From Eledone cirrhosa (lineage: Eukaryota), in the NCBI GenBank assembly GCA_964016885.1, contig OZ024754.1, positions 20,770,001 to 20,834,000 on the forward strand: a stretch of DNA of 64,000 nucleotides, read 5' to 3'. The stretch's first letter is position 1, and each line of letters starts with the position of its first letter. The position numbers and the translations under genes are program-made. Positions 44,301 through 59,940 of the stretch are shown in pieces. The notes under the pieces were generated by a model. That model was given only the letters and a program-made list of their open reading frames with translations, made no database searches and was not told the DNA's origin.

Positions 44301-47300
44301 TTACCCTTGGTATTAACATAGAGACTCCCCCCCATATTACCCTTGGTATTAATATAGAGTCTCCCTCCCATATTAACCTTGGTGTTAACATAGACTCCCT
44401 CCCATATTACCCTTGGTATTAACATAGGGACTCCCTCCCATATTACCCTTGGTATTAACATAGACTCCCTCCCATATTACCCTTGGTATTAACATAGACT
44501 CCATCCCATATTACCCTTGGTATTAACATAGACTCCCTCCCATATTACCCTTGGTATTAACATAGGGACTCCCCCCCATATTACCCTTGGTATTAACATA
44601 GAGACTCCCCCCCATATTACCCTTGGTATTAATATAGAGACTCCCTCCCATATTAACCTTGGTGTTAACATAGACTCCCTCCCATATTACCCTTGGTATT
44701 AACATAGAGACCGCCCCCCCCCATATTACCCTTGGTATTAACATAGACTCCCTCCCATATTACCCTTGGTATTAACATAGACTCCATCCCATATTACCCT
44801 TGGTATTAACATAGACTCCCTCACATATTACAATTGGTGTTAACATAGACTCCCTCCCATATTACCGTTGGTATTAACACAGGGACTCTCTCCCATATTA
44901 GCCTTGGTATTAACATAGGGACTCCCTCCCATATTACCCTTGGTATTAACATAGAGACTCTACCCCATATTACCCTTGGTATTAATATAGAGACTCCGCC
45001 CCCCATATTACCCTTGGTATTAACATAGATTCGCTCCCATATTACCCTCAGTATTAACATAGACTCCCTCCCATATTACCCTTGGTATTAACATAGACTA
45101 CCTCCCATATTACCCTGGGTCTTAACATAGACTCCCTCCCATATTAGACTTGGTATTAACATAGACTCCCCGCCATATTACCCTTTGTATTAACATAGAC
45201 TCCCTCCCATATTACCCTTGGTATTAACATAGGGACTCCCTCCCATATTAGCCTTGGTATTAACATAGGGACTCCCTGCCATATTAGCCTTGGTATTAAC
45301 ATAGACTACCTCCCTTATTACCCTGGGTCTTAACATAGACTCCCTCCCATATTAGACTTGGTATTAACATAGACTCCCTCCCAGATTACCCTTGGTATTA
45401 ACATAGACTCCCTCCCATATTACCCTTGGTATTAACATAGGGATTCCCTCCCATATTACCCTTGGTATTAACATAGAGACTCCCCCCCATATTACCCTTG
45501 GTATTAATATAGAGACTCCCTCCCATATTAACCTTGGTGTTAACATAGACTCCCTCCCATATTACCCTGGGTCTTAACATAGACTCCCTCCCATATTAGA
45601 CTTGGTATTAACATAGACTCCCTGCCATATTACCCTTTGTATTAACATAGACTCCCTCCCATATTACCCTTGGTATTAACATAGGGACTCCCTTCCATAT
45701 TACCCTTCGTATTAACATAGAGACTCTACCCCATATTACCCTTGGTATTAATATAGAGACTCCGCCCCCCCATATTACCCTTGGTATTAACATAGACTCC
45801 CTGCCATATTACCCTTTGTATTAACATAGACTCCCTCCCATATTAGCCTTGGTATTAACATAGGGACTCCCTCCCATATTACCCTTGGTATTAACATAGG
45901 GACTCCCTCCCATATTAGCCTTGGTATTAACATAGGGACTCCCTCCCTTATTACCCTGGGTCTTAACATAGACTCCCTCCCATATTAGACTTGGTATTAA
46001 CATAGACTCCCTCCAAAATTAACCTTGGTATTAACATAGACTCCCTCCCATATTACCCTTGGTATTAACATAGGGACTCCCTCCCATATTACCCTTGGTA
46101 TTAACATAGAGACTCCCCCCATATTACCCTTGGTATTAACATAGACTCCCTCCCATATTACCCTTGGTATTAACATAGGGACTCCCTCCCATATTACCCT
46201 TGGTATTAACATAGAGACTGCCTCCCATATTATCCTTGGTTTTAACATAGACTACCTCCCATTTTACCCTGGGTCTTAACATAGACTCCCTCCCATATTA
46301 GACTTGGTATTAACATAGACTCCCCCCCCCCCATATTACCCTTGGTATTAAAGTAGAGACTCCCTCCCATATTAACCTTGGTGTTAACATAGACTCCCTC
46401 CCATATTACCCTTGGTATTAACATAGTGACTCTCTCCCATATTAGCCTTGGTATTAACATAGGGACTCCCTCCCATATTAGCCTTGGTATTTACATAGAC
46501 TCCCTCCCATATTACCCTTGGTATTAACATAGACTCCCTCCCATATTACCTTTGGTATTAACATAGACTCCCTCCCATATTACCCTTGGTATTAACATAG
46601 ACTCCCTCCCATATTAGCCTTGGTATTAATATAGAGACTCCGACCCCCATATTACCCTTTCTATTAACTTAGACTCGCTCCCATATTACCCTTGGTATTA
46701 ACATAAACTCCCTCCCATATTACCCTTGGTATTAACATAGACTACCTCCCATATTACCCTGGGTCTTAACATAGACTCCCTCCCATATTACACTTGGTAT
46801 TAACACAGACTCCCTCCCATATTACCCTTGGTATTAACATAGAGACTCCCCCCCATATTACCCTTGGTATTAATATATAGACCCCCCCCCCCCATATTAC
46901 CCTTGGTATTAATATAGAGACTCCCTCCCATATTATCCTTGGTGTTAACATAGACTCCCTCCCATATTACCCTTGGTATTAACATAGGGACTCCCTCCCA
47001 TATTACCCTTGGTATTAACATAGAGACCGCCCCCCCATATTACCCTTGGTATTAACATAGACTCCCTCCCATATTACCCTTGGTATTAACATAGACTCCC
47101 TCACATATTAAAATTGGTGTTAACATAGACTCCCTCCCATATTACCGTTGGTATTAACACAGGGACTCTCTCCCATATTAGCCTTGGTATTAACATAGGG
47201 ACTCCCTCCCATATTACCCTTGGTATTAACATAGAGACTCTACCCCATATTACCCTTGGTATTAATATAGAGACTCCGCCCCCCATATTACCCTTGGTAT

Positions 47301-48320
47301 TAACATAGACTCCCTCCCATATTACCCTTGGTATTAACATAGACTACCTCCCATATTACCCTGGGTCTTAACATAGACTCCCTCCCATATTAGACTTGGT
47401 ATTAACATAGACTCCCTGCCATATTACCCTTTGTATTAACATAGACTCCCTCCATATTACCCTTGGTATTAACATAGGGACTCCCTCCCATATTAGCCTT
47501 GGTATTAACATAGGGACTCCCTCCCATATTAGCTTTGGTATTAACATAGACTACCTCCCTTATTACCCTGGGTCTTAACATAGACTCCCACCCATACTAG
47601 ACTTGGTATTAACATAGACTCCCTCCCAGATTACCCTTGGTATTAACATAGACTCCCTCCCATATTACCCTTGGTATTAACATAGGGACTCCCTCCCATA
47701 TTACCCTTGGTATTAACATCGAGACTCCCCCCCATATTACCCTCGGTATTAATATAGAGACTCCCTCCCATATTAACCTTGTTGTTAACATAGACTCCCT
47801 GCCATATTACCCTTTGTATTAACATAGACTCCCTCCCATATTACCCTTGGTATTAACATAGAGACTCTACCCCATATTACCCTTGGTATTAATATAGAGA
47901 CTCCGCCCCCCATATTACCCTTGGTATTAACATAGACTCCCTGCCATATTACCCTTTGTATTAACATAGACTCCCTCCCATATTACCCTTGGTATTAACA
48001 TAGGGACTCCCTCCCATATTAGCCTTGGTATTAACATAGGGACTCCCTCCCATATTACCCTTGGTATTAACATAGGGACTCCCTCCCATATTAGCCTTGG
48101 TATTAACATAGGGACTCCCTCCCATATTAGCCTTGGTATTAACATAGACTACCTCCCTTATTACCCTGGGTCTTAACATAGACTCCCTCTCATATTAGAC
48201 TTGGTATTAACATAGACTCCCTCCAATATTACCCTTGGTATTAACATAGACTCCCTCCCATATTACCCTTGGTATTAACATAGGGACTCCCTCCCATATT
48301 ACCCTTGGTATTAACATAGA

Positions 48321-51300
48321 GACTCCCCCCCATATTACCCTTGGTATTAATATAGAGTCTCCCTCCCATATTAACCTTGGTGTTAACATAGACTCCCTCC
48401 CATATTACCCTTGGTATTAACATAGGGACTCCCTCCCATATTACCCTTGGTATTAACATAGACTCCCTCCCATATTACCCTTGGTATTAACATAGACTCC
48501 ATCCCATATTACCCTTGGTATTAACATAGACTCCCTCCCATATTACCCTTGGTATTAACATAGGGACTCCCCCCCAAATTACCCTTGGTATTAACATAGA
48601 GACTCCCCCCCATATTACCCTTGGTATTAATATAGAGACTCCCTCCCATATTAACCTTGGTGTTAACATAGACTCCCTCCCATATTACCCTTGGTATTAA
48701 CATAGAGACCGCCCCCCCCATATTACCCTTGGTATTAACATAGACTCCCTCCCATATTACCCTTGGTATTAACATAGACTCCATCCCATATTACCCTTGG
48801 TATTAACATAGACTCCCTCACATATTACAATTGGTGTTAACATAGACTCCCTCCCATATTACCGTTGGTATTAACACAGGGACTCTCTCCCATATTAGCC
48901 TTGGTATTAACATAGGGACTCCCTCCCATATTACCCTTGGTATTAACATAGAGACTCTACCCCATATTACCCTTGGTATTAATATAGAGACTCCGCCCCC
49001 CCATATTACCCTTGGTATTAACATAGATTCGCTCCCATATTACCCTCGGTATTAACATAGACTCCCTCCCATATTACCCTTGGTATTAACATAGACTACC
49101 TCCCATATTACCCTGGGTTTTAACATAGACTCCCTCCTATATTAGACTTGGTATTAACATAGACTCCCTGCCATATTACCCTTTGTATTAACATAGACTC
49201 CCTCCCATATTACCCTTGGTATTAACATAGGGACTCCCTCCCATATTAGCCTTGGTATTAACATAGGGACTCCCTCCCATATTAGCATTGGTATTAACAT
49301 AGACTACCTCCCTTATTACCCTGGGTCTTAACATAGACTCCCTCCCATATTAGACTTGGTATTAACATAGACTCCCTCCAATATTACCCTTGGTATTAAC
49401 ATAGACTCCCTCCCATATTACCCTTGGTATTAACATAGGGACTCCCTCCCATATTACCCTTGGTATTAACATAGAGACTCCCCCCCATATTACCCTTGGT
49501 ATTAATATAGAGTCTCCCTCCCATATTAACCTTGGTGTTAACATAGACTCCCTCCCATATTACCCTTGGTATTAACATAGGGACTCCCTCCCATATTAGC
49601 CTTGGTATTAACATAGGGACACCCTCCCATATGAGACTTGGTATTAACATAGACACCCTCCCATATTACCCTTGGTATTAACATAGAATCCCTCCCATAT
49701 TACCCTTGGTATTAACATAGGGACTCCCTCCCATATTACCCTTGGTATTAACATAGAGACTCCCTCCCATATTATCCTTGGTTTTAACATAGACTACCTC
49801 CCATTTTACCCTGGGTCTTAACATAGACTCCCTCCCATATTAGACTTGGTATTAGCATAGACTCCCTCCCATATTACCCTTGGTATTAACATAGACTCCC
49901 ACCCATATTACCCTTGGTATTAACATAGGGACTCCCTCCCATATTACCCTTGGTATTAACATAGAGACTCCCCCCCATATTACCCTTGGTATTAAAGTAG
50001 AGACTCCCTCCCATATTAACCTTGGTGTTAAAATAGACTCCCTCCCATATTACCCTTGGTATTAACATAGTGACTCTCTCCCATATTAGCCTTGGTATTA
50101 ATATAGGGACTCCCTCCCATATTAGCCTTGGTATTTACATACACTCCCTCCCATATTACCCTTGGTATTAACATAGACTCCCTCCCATATTACCCTTGGT
50201 ATTAACATAGACTCCCTCCCATATTACCCTTGGTATTAACATAGACTCCCTCCCATATTACCCTGGGTCTTAACATAGACTCCCTCCCATATTACACTTG
50301 GTATTAACATAGACTCCCTCCCATATTACCCTTGGTATTAACATAGAGACTCCCCCCCATATTACCCTTGGTATTAATATAGAGACTCCCTCCCATATTA
50401 ACCTTGGTGTTAACATAGACTCCCTCCCATATTACCCTTGGTATTAACATAGGGACTCCCTCCCATATTACCCTTGGTATTAACATAGAGACCGCCCCCC
50501 CATATTACCCTTGGTATTAACATAGACTCCCTCCCATATTACCCTTGGTATTAACATAGACTCCATCCCATATTACCCTTGGTATTAACATAGACTCCCT
50601 CACATATTACAATTGGTGTTAACATAGACTCCCTCCCATATTACCGTTGGTATTAACACAGGGACTCTCTCCCATATTAGCGTTGGTATTAACATAGGGA
50701 CTCCCTCCCATATTACCCTTGGTATTAACATAGAGACTCTACCCCATATTACCCTTGGTATTAATATAGAGACCCCGCCCCCCATATTACCCTTGGTATT
50801 AACATAGACTCGCTCCCATATTACCCTCGGTATTAACATAGATTCCCTCCCATATTACCCTTGGTATTAACATAGACTACCTCCCATATTACCCTGGGTC
50901 TTAACATAGACTCCCTCCCATATTAGACTTGGTATTTACATAGACTCCCTGCCATATTACCCTTTGTATTAACATAGACTCCCTCCCATATTACCCTTGG
51001 TATTAACATAGGGACTCCCTCCCATATTAGCCTTGGTATTAACATAGGGACTCCCTCCCATATTAGCCTTGGTATTAACATAGACTACCTCCCTTATTAC
51101 CCTGGGTCTTAACATAGACTCCCTCCCATATTAGACTTGGTATTAACATAGAATCCCTCCCAGATTACCCTTGGTATTAACATAGACTCCCTCCTATATT
51201 ACCCTTGGTATTAACATAGGGACTCCCTCCCATATTACCCTTGGTATTAACATAGAGACTCCCCCCATATTACCCTTGGTATTAATATAGAGACTCCCCC

Positions 51301-52380
51301 CCATATTAACCTTGGTGTTAACATAGACTCCCTCCCATATTACCGTTGGTATTAACACAAGGACTCTCTCCCATATTAGCCTTGGTATTAACATAGGGAC
51401 TCCCTCCCATATTAGCCTTGGTATTAACATAGACTCCCTCCCATATTAGCCTTGGTATTTACATAGACTCCCTCCCATATTACCCTTGGTATTAACATAG
51501 ACTCCCTCCCATATTACCCTTGGTATTAACATAGGGACTCTCTCCCATATTACCCTTGGTATTAACATAGAGACTCCCTCCCATATTATCCTTGGTTTTA
51601 ACATAGACTACCTCCCATTTTACCCTGGGTCTTAACATAGACTCCCTCCCATATTAGACTTGGTATTAACATAGACTCCCTTCCATATTACCCTTGGTAT
51701 TAACATAGACTCCCTCCCATATTACCCTTGGTATTAACATAGACTCCCTCCCATATTAACCTTGGTATTAACATAGAGACTCCCCCCCCATATTACCCTT
51801 GGTATTAATATAGACTCCCTCCCATATTACCCTTTGTATTAACATAGACCCCCTCCCATATTACATATGGTATTAACATAGACTCCCTCCCATATTACCC
51901 TTGGTATTAACATAGACTCCCTCCCATATTACCCTTGGTATTAACATAGAGAATCCCTCCCATATTACCCTTGATATTAACATAGACTCCCTCCCATATT
52001 ACCCTTGGTATTAACATAGACTCCCTCCCATATTACCCTTAGTATTAACATAGAGACTCCCTCCCATATTAACATTGGTATTAACATAGACTCCCTCCCA
52101 TATTACCCTTGGTATTAACATAGACTCCCTCCCATATTAGACTTGGTATTAACATAGACTCCCTCCCATATTACCCTTGGTATTAACATAGACTCCCTCC
52201 CATATTACCCTTGGTATTAACATAGACTCCTCCCATATTACCCTTGGTATTAACATAGACTCCCTCCCATATTAGCCTTGGTATTAATATAGAGACTCCG
52301 CCCCCCATATTACCCTTGGTATTAACATAGACTCGCTCCCATATTACCCTCGGTATTAACATAGACTCCCTCCCATATTA
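48321..52380. repeat. First copy of a >=4.06 kb segment repeated 11,620-11,621 bp downstream
   Basis: ORF pairs 48487/60107, 48818/60438 and 49362/60982 have offset 11620; pairs 50304/61925, 50600/62221 and 51194/62815 have offset 11621. Shared private variants are CCCCAAATT, ATGAGACTTG, TACACTCCC and TTACATATGG. Confidence 0.93.
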
Positions 52381-55300
52381 CCCTTGGTATTAACATAGAC
52401 TACCTCCCATATTACCCTGGGTCTTAACATAGACCCCCTCCCATATTAGACTTGGTATTAACATAGACTCCCTGCCATATTACCCTTTGTATTAACATAG
52501 ACTCCCTCCCATATTACCCTTGGTATTAACATAGGGACTCCCTCCCATATTAGCCTTGGTATTAACATAGGGACTCCCTCACATATTAGCCTTGGTATTA
52601 ACATAGACTACCTCCCTTATTACCCTGGGTCTTAACATAGACTCCCTCCCATATTAGACTTGGTATTAACATAGACTCCCTCCCATATTACCCTTGGTAT
52701 TAACATAGAATCCCTCCCATATTACCCTTGGTATTAACATAGGGACTCCCTCCCATATTACCCTTGGTATTAACATAGAGACTCCCCCCATATTACCCTT
52801 GGTATTAATATAGAGACTCCCTCCCATATTAACCTTGGTGTTAACATAGACTCCCTCCCATATTACCCTTGGTATTAACATAGGGACTCCCTCCCATATT
52901 AGCCTTTGTATTAACATAGGGACTCCCTCCCATATTAGACTTGGTATTAACATAGACTCCCTCCCATATTACCCTTGGTATTAACATAGACTCCCTGCCA
53001 TATTACCCTTGGTATTAACATAGACTCCTCCCATATTACCCTTGGTATTAACATAGACTCCCTCCCATATTAGCCTTGGTATTAATATAGAGACTCCGAC
53101 CCCCATATTACCCTTTCTATTAACTTAGACTCGCTCCCATATTACCCTTGGTATTAACATAAACTCCCTCCCATATTACCCTTGGTATTAACATAGACTC
53201 ACTGCCATATTACCCTTGGTATTAACATAGACTCCTCCCATATTACCCTTGGTATTAACATAGACTCCCTCCCATATTAGCCTTGGTATTAATATAGAGA
53301 CTCCGACCCCCATATTACCCTTTCTATTAACTTAGACTCGCTCCCCTATTACCCTTGGTATTAACATAAACTCCCTCCCATATTACCATTGGTATTAACA
53401 TAGACTACCTCCCATATTACCCTGGGTCTTAACATAGACTCCCTCCCATATTACCCTTGGTATTAACATAGAGACTCTCCCCCATATTACCCTTGGTATT
53501 AATATAGAGACTCCCCCCCATATTACCCTTGGTATTAATATAGAGACTCCCTCCCATATTAACCTTGGTGTTAATATACACTCCCTCCCATATTACCCTT
53601 GGTATTAACATAGGGACTCCCTCCCATATTACCCTTGGTATTAACATAGAGACCGCCCCCCCCCCATATTACCCTTGGTATTAACATAGACTCCCTCCCA
53701 TATTACCCTTGGTATTAACATAGACTCCATCCCATATTACCCTTGGTATTAACATAGACTCCCTCACATATTACAATTGGTGTTAACATAGACTCCTTCC
53801 CATATGACCGTTGGTATTAACCTTGGGACTCCCTCCCATATTAGCCTTGGTATTAACATAGGGACTCCCTCCCATATTAGCCTTGGTATTAACATAGACT
53901 ACCTCCCTTATTACCCTGGGTCTTAACATAGACTCCCTCCCATATTAGACTTGGTATTAACATAGACTCCCTCCCATATTACCCTTGGTATTAACATAGA
54001 CTCCCTCCCATTTAACCTTGGTATTAACATAGGGACTCCCTCCCATATTACCCTTGGTATTAACATAGAGACTCCCCCCCCATATTATCCTTGGTATTAA
54101 TATAGAGACTCCCTCCCATATTAACCTTGGTGTTAACATAGACTCCCTCCCATATTACCCTTGGTATTAACATAGGGACTCCCTCCCATATTAGCCTTGG
54201 TATTAACATAGGGACTCCCTCCCATATTAGACTTGGTATTAACATAGACTCCCTCCCATATTACCCTTGGTATTAACATAGACTCCCTCCCATATTACCC
54301 TTGGTATTAATATAGACTCCTCCCATATTACCCTTGGTATTAACATAGACTCCCTCCCATATTAGCCTTGGTATTAATATAGAGACTCCGCCCCCCATAT
54401 AACCCTTTCTATTAACTTAGACTCGCTCCCATATTACCCTTGGTATTAACATAAACTCCCTCCCATATTACCCTTGGTATTAACATAGACTACCTCCCAT
54501 ATTACCCTGGGTCTTAACATAGACTCCCTCCCATATTAGACTTGGTATTAACATAGACTCCCTGCCATATTACCCTTTGTATTAACATAGACTCCCTCCC
54601 ATATTACCCTTGGTATTAACATAGACTCCCTCCCATATTACCCTTGGTATTAACAAAGAGACTCCCCCCCATATTACCCTTGGTATTAATATAGAGACTC
54701 CCCCCCATATTACCCTTGGTATTAATATAGAGACTCCCTCCCATATTAACCTTGGTGTTAACATAGACTTCCTCCCATATTACCCTTGGTATTAACATAG
54801 GGACTCCCTCCCATATTACCCTTGGTATTAACATAGAGACCGCCCCCCATATTACCCTTGGTATTAACATAGACTCCTTCCCATATTACCCTTGGTATTA
54901 ACATAGACTCCATCCCATATTAGCCTTGGTATTAACATAGACTCCCTCACATATTACAATTGGTGTTAACATAGACTCCCTCCCATATTACCGTTGGTAT
55001 TAACACAAGGACTCTCTCCCATATTAGCCTTGGTATTACCATAGGGACTCCCTCCCATATTAGCCTTGGTATTAACATAGACTCCCTCCCATATTAGCCT
55101 TGGTATTTACATAGACTCCCTCCCATATTACCCTTGGTATTAACATAGACTCCCTCCCATATTACCCTTGGTATTAACATAGGGACTCTCTCCCATATTA
55201 CCCTTGGTATTAACATAGAGACTCCCTCCCATATTATCCTTGGTTTTAACATAGACTACCTCCCATTTTACCCTGGGTCTTAACATAGACTCCCTCCCAT

Positions 55301-58300
55301 ATTAGACTTGGTATTAACATAGACTCCCTTCCATATTACCCTTGGTATTAACATAGACTCCCTCCCATATTACCCTTGGTATTAACATAGACTCCCTCCC
55401 ATATTAACCTTGGTATTAACATAGAGACTCCCCCCCCCCATATTACCCTTGGTATTAATATAGACTCCCTCCCATATTACCCTTTGTATTAACATAGACC
55501 CCCTCCCATATTACCCATGGTATTAACATAGACTCCCTCCCATATTACCCTTGGTATTAACATAGACTCCCTCCCATATTACCCTTGGTATTAACATAGA
55601 GAATCCCTCCCATATTACCCTTGATATTAACATAGACTCCCTCCCATATTACCCTTGGTATTAACATAGACTCCCTCCCATATTACCCTTAGTATTAACA
55701 TAGAGACTCCCTCCCATATTAACATTGGTATTAACATAGACTCCCTCCCATATTACCCTTGGTATTAACATAGACTCCCTCCCATATTAGACTTGGTATT
55801 AACATAGACTCCCTCCCATATTACCCTTGGTATTAACATAGACTCCCTCCCATATTACCCTTGGTATTAACATAGAGAATCCCTCCCATATTACCCTTGA
55901 TATTAACATAGACTCCCTCCCATATTACCCTTGGTATTAACATAGACTCCCTCCCATATTACCCTTAGTATTAACATAGAGACTCCCTCCCATATTAACA
56001 TTGGTATTAACATAGACTCCCTCCCATATTACCCTTGGTATTAACATAGACTCCCTCCCATATTAGACTTGGTATTAACATAGACTCCCTCCCATATTAC
56101 CCTTGGTATTAACATAGACTCCCTCCCATATTACCCTTGGTATTAACATAGACTCCTCCCATATTACCCTTGGTATTAACATAGACTCCCTCCCATATTA
56201 GCCTTGGTATTAATATAGAGACTCCGCCCCCCATATTACCCTTGGTATTAACATAGACTCGCTCCCATATTACCCTCGGTATTAACATAGACTCCCTCCC
56301 ATATTACCCTTGGTATTAACATAGACTACCTCCCATATTACCCTGGGTCTTAACATAGACCCCCTCCCATATTAGACTTGGTATTAACATAGACTCCCTG
56401 CCATATTACCCTTTGTATTAACATAGACTCCCTCCCATATTACCCTTGGTATTAACATAGGGACTCCCTCCCATATTAGCCTTGGTATTAACATAGGGAC
56501 TCCCTCACATATTAGCCTTGGTATTAACATAGACTACCTCCCTTATTACCCTGGGTCTTAACATAGACTCCCTCCCATATTAGACTTGGTATTAACATAG
56601 ACTCCCTCCCATATTACCCTTGGTATTAACATAGAATCCCTCCCATATTACCCTTGGTATTAACATAGGGACTCCCTCCCATATTACCCTTGGTATTAAC
56701 ATAGAGACTCCCCCCATATTACCCTTGGTATTAATATAGAGACTCCCTCCCATATTAACCTTGGTGTTAACATAGACTCCCTCCCATATTACCCTTGGTA
56801 TTAACATAGGGACTCCCTCCCATATTAGCCTTTGTATTAACATAGGGACTCCCTCCCATATTAGACTTGGTATTAACATAGACTCCCTCCCATATTACCC
56901 TTGGTATTAACATAGACTCCCTGCCATATTACCCTTGGTATTAACATAGACTCCTCCCATATTACCCTTGGTATTAACATAGACTCCCTCCCATATTAGC
57001 CTTGGTATTAATATAGAGACTCCGACCCCCATATTACCCTTTCTATTAACTTAGACTCGCTCCCATATTACCCTTGGTATTAACATAAACTCCCTCCCAT
57101 ATTACCCTTGGTATTAACATAGACTCACTGCCATATTACCCTTGGTATTAACATAGACTCCTCCCATATTACCCTTGGTATTAACATAGACTCCCTCCCA
57201 TATTAGCCTTGGTATTAATATAGAGACTCCGACCCCCATATTACCCTTTCTATTAACTTAGACTCGCTCCCCTATTACCCTTGGTATTAACATAAACTCC
57301 CTCCCATATTACCATTGGTATTAACATAGACTACCTCCCATATTACCCTGGGTCTTAACATAGACTCCCTCCCATATTACCCTTGGTATTAACATAGAGA
57401 CTCTCCCCCATATTACCCTTGGTATTAATATAGAGACTCCCCCCCATATTACCCTTGGTATTAATATAGAGACTCCCTCCCATATTAACCTTGGTGTTAA
57501 TATACACTCCCTCCCATATTACCCTTGGTATTAACATAGGGACTCCCTCCCATATTACCCTTGGTATTAACATAGAGACCGCCCCCCCCCCATATTACCC
57601 TTGGTATTAACATAGACTCCCTCCCATATTACCCTTGGTATTAACATAGACTCCATCCCATATTACCCTTGGTATTAACATAGACTCCCTCACATATTAC
57701 AATTGGTGTTAACATAGACTCCTTCCCATATGACCGTTGGTATTAACCTTGGGACTCCCTCCCATATTAGCCTTGGTATTAACATAGGGACTCCCTCCCA
57801 TATTAGCCTTGGTATTAACATAGACTACCTCCCTTATTACCCTGGGTCTTAACATAGACTCCCTCCCATATTAGACTTGGTATTAACATAGACTCCCTCC
57901 CATATTACCCTTGGTATTAACATAGACTCCCTCCCATTTAACCTTGGTATTAACATAGGGACTCCCTCCCATATTACCCTTGGTATTAACATAGAGACTC
58001 CCCCCCCATATTATCCTTGGTATTAATATAGAGACTCCCTCCCATATTAACCTTGGTGTTAACATAGACTCCCTCCCATATTACCCTTGGTATTAACATA
58101 GGGACTCCCTCCCATATTAGCCTTGGTATTAACATAGGGACTCCCTCCCATATTAGACTTGGTATTAACATAGACTCCCTCCCATATTACCCTTGGTATT
58201 AACATAGACTCCCTCCCATATTACCCTTGGTATTAATATAGACTCCTCCCATATTACCCTTGGTATTAACATAGACTCCCTCCCATATTAGCCTTGGTAT

Positions 58301-59800
58301 TAATATAGAGACTCCGCCCCCCATATAACCCTTTCTATTAACTTAGACTCGCTCCCATATTACCCTTGGTATTAACATAAACTCCCTCCCATATTACCCT
58401 TGGTATTAACATAGACTACCTCCCATATTACCCTGGGTCTTAACATAGACTCCCTCCCATATTAGACTTGGTATTAACATAGACTCCCTGCCATATTACC
58501 CTTTGTATTAACATAGACTCCCTCCCATATTACCCTTGGTATTAACATAGACTCCCTCCCATATTACCCTTGGTATTAACAAAGAGACTCCCCCCCATAT
58601 TACCCTTGGTATTAATATAGAGACTCCCCCCCATATTACCCTTGGTATTAATATAGAGACTCCCTCCCATATTAACCTTGGTGTTAACATAGACTTCCTC
58701 CCATATTACCCTTGGTATTAACATAGGGACTCCCTCCCATATTACCCTTGGTATTAACATAGAGACCGCCCCCCATATTACCCTTGGTATTAACATAGAC
58801 TCCTTCCCATATTACCCTTGGTATTAACATAGACTCCATCCCATATTAGCCTTGGTATTAACATAGACTCCCTCACATATTACAATTGGTGTTAACATAG
58901 ACTCCCTCCCATATTACCGTTGGTATTAACACAAGGACTCTCTCCCATATTAGCCTTGGTATTACCATAGGGACTCCCTCCCATATTAGCCTTGGTATTA
59001 ACATAGACTCCCTCCCATATTAGCCTTGGTATTTACATAGACTCCCTCCCATATTACCCTTGGTATTAACATAGACTCCCTCCCATATTACCCTTGGTAT
59101 TAACATAGGGACTCTCTCCCATATTACCCTTGGTATTAACATAGAGACTCCCTCCCATATTATCCTTGGTTTTAACATAGACTACCTCCCATTTTACCCT
59201 GGGTCTTAACATAGACTCCCTCCCATATTAGACTTGGTATTAACATAGACTCCCTTCCATATTACCCTTGGTATTAACATAGACTCCCTCCCATATTACC
59301 CTTGGTATTAACATAGACTCCCTCCCATATTAACCTTGGTATTAACATAGAGACTCCCCCCCCCCCATATTACCCTTGGTATTAATATAGACTCCCTCCC
59401 ATATTACCCTTTGTATTAACATAGACCCCCTCCCATATTACCCATGGTATTAACATAGACTCCCTCCCATATTACCCTTGGTATTAACATAGACTCCCTC
59501 CCATATTACCCTTGGTATTAACATAGAGAATCCCTCCCATATTACCCTTGATATTAACATAGACTCCCTCCCATATTACCCTTGGTATTAACATAGACTC
59601 CCTCCCATATTACCCTTAGTATTAACATAGAGACTCCCTCCCATATTAACATTGGTATTAACATAGACTCCCTCCCATATTACCCTTGGTATTAACATAG
59701 ACTCCCTCCCATATTAGACTTGGTATTAACATAGACTCCCTCCCATATTACCCTTGGTATTAACATAGACTCCCTCCCATATTACCCTTGGTATTAACAT
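51870..59800. repeat. Near-perfect 3926-bp tandem duplication (approx. 51870-55800 vs 55800-59720)
   Basis: Six ORF pairs have offset exactly 3926 (52666/56592, 53429/57355, 53957/57883, 54060/57986, 54582/58508, 54616/58542). Private variants such as CATATGACCG, TTAACCTTGGGACT, TAACAAAGAG and ACTCACTGCC occur in both copies. Confidence 0.93.
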
Positions 59801-59940
59801 AGACTCCTCCCATATTACCCTTGGTATTAACATAGACTCCCTCCCATATTAGCCTTGGTATTAATATAGAGACTCCGCCCCCCATATTACCCTTGGTATT
59901 AACATAGACTCGCTCCCATATTACCCTCGGTATTAACATA

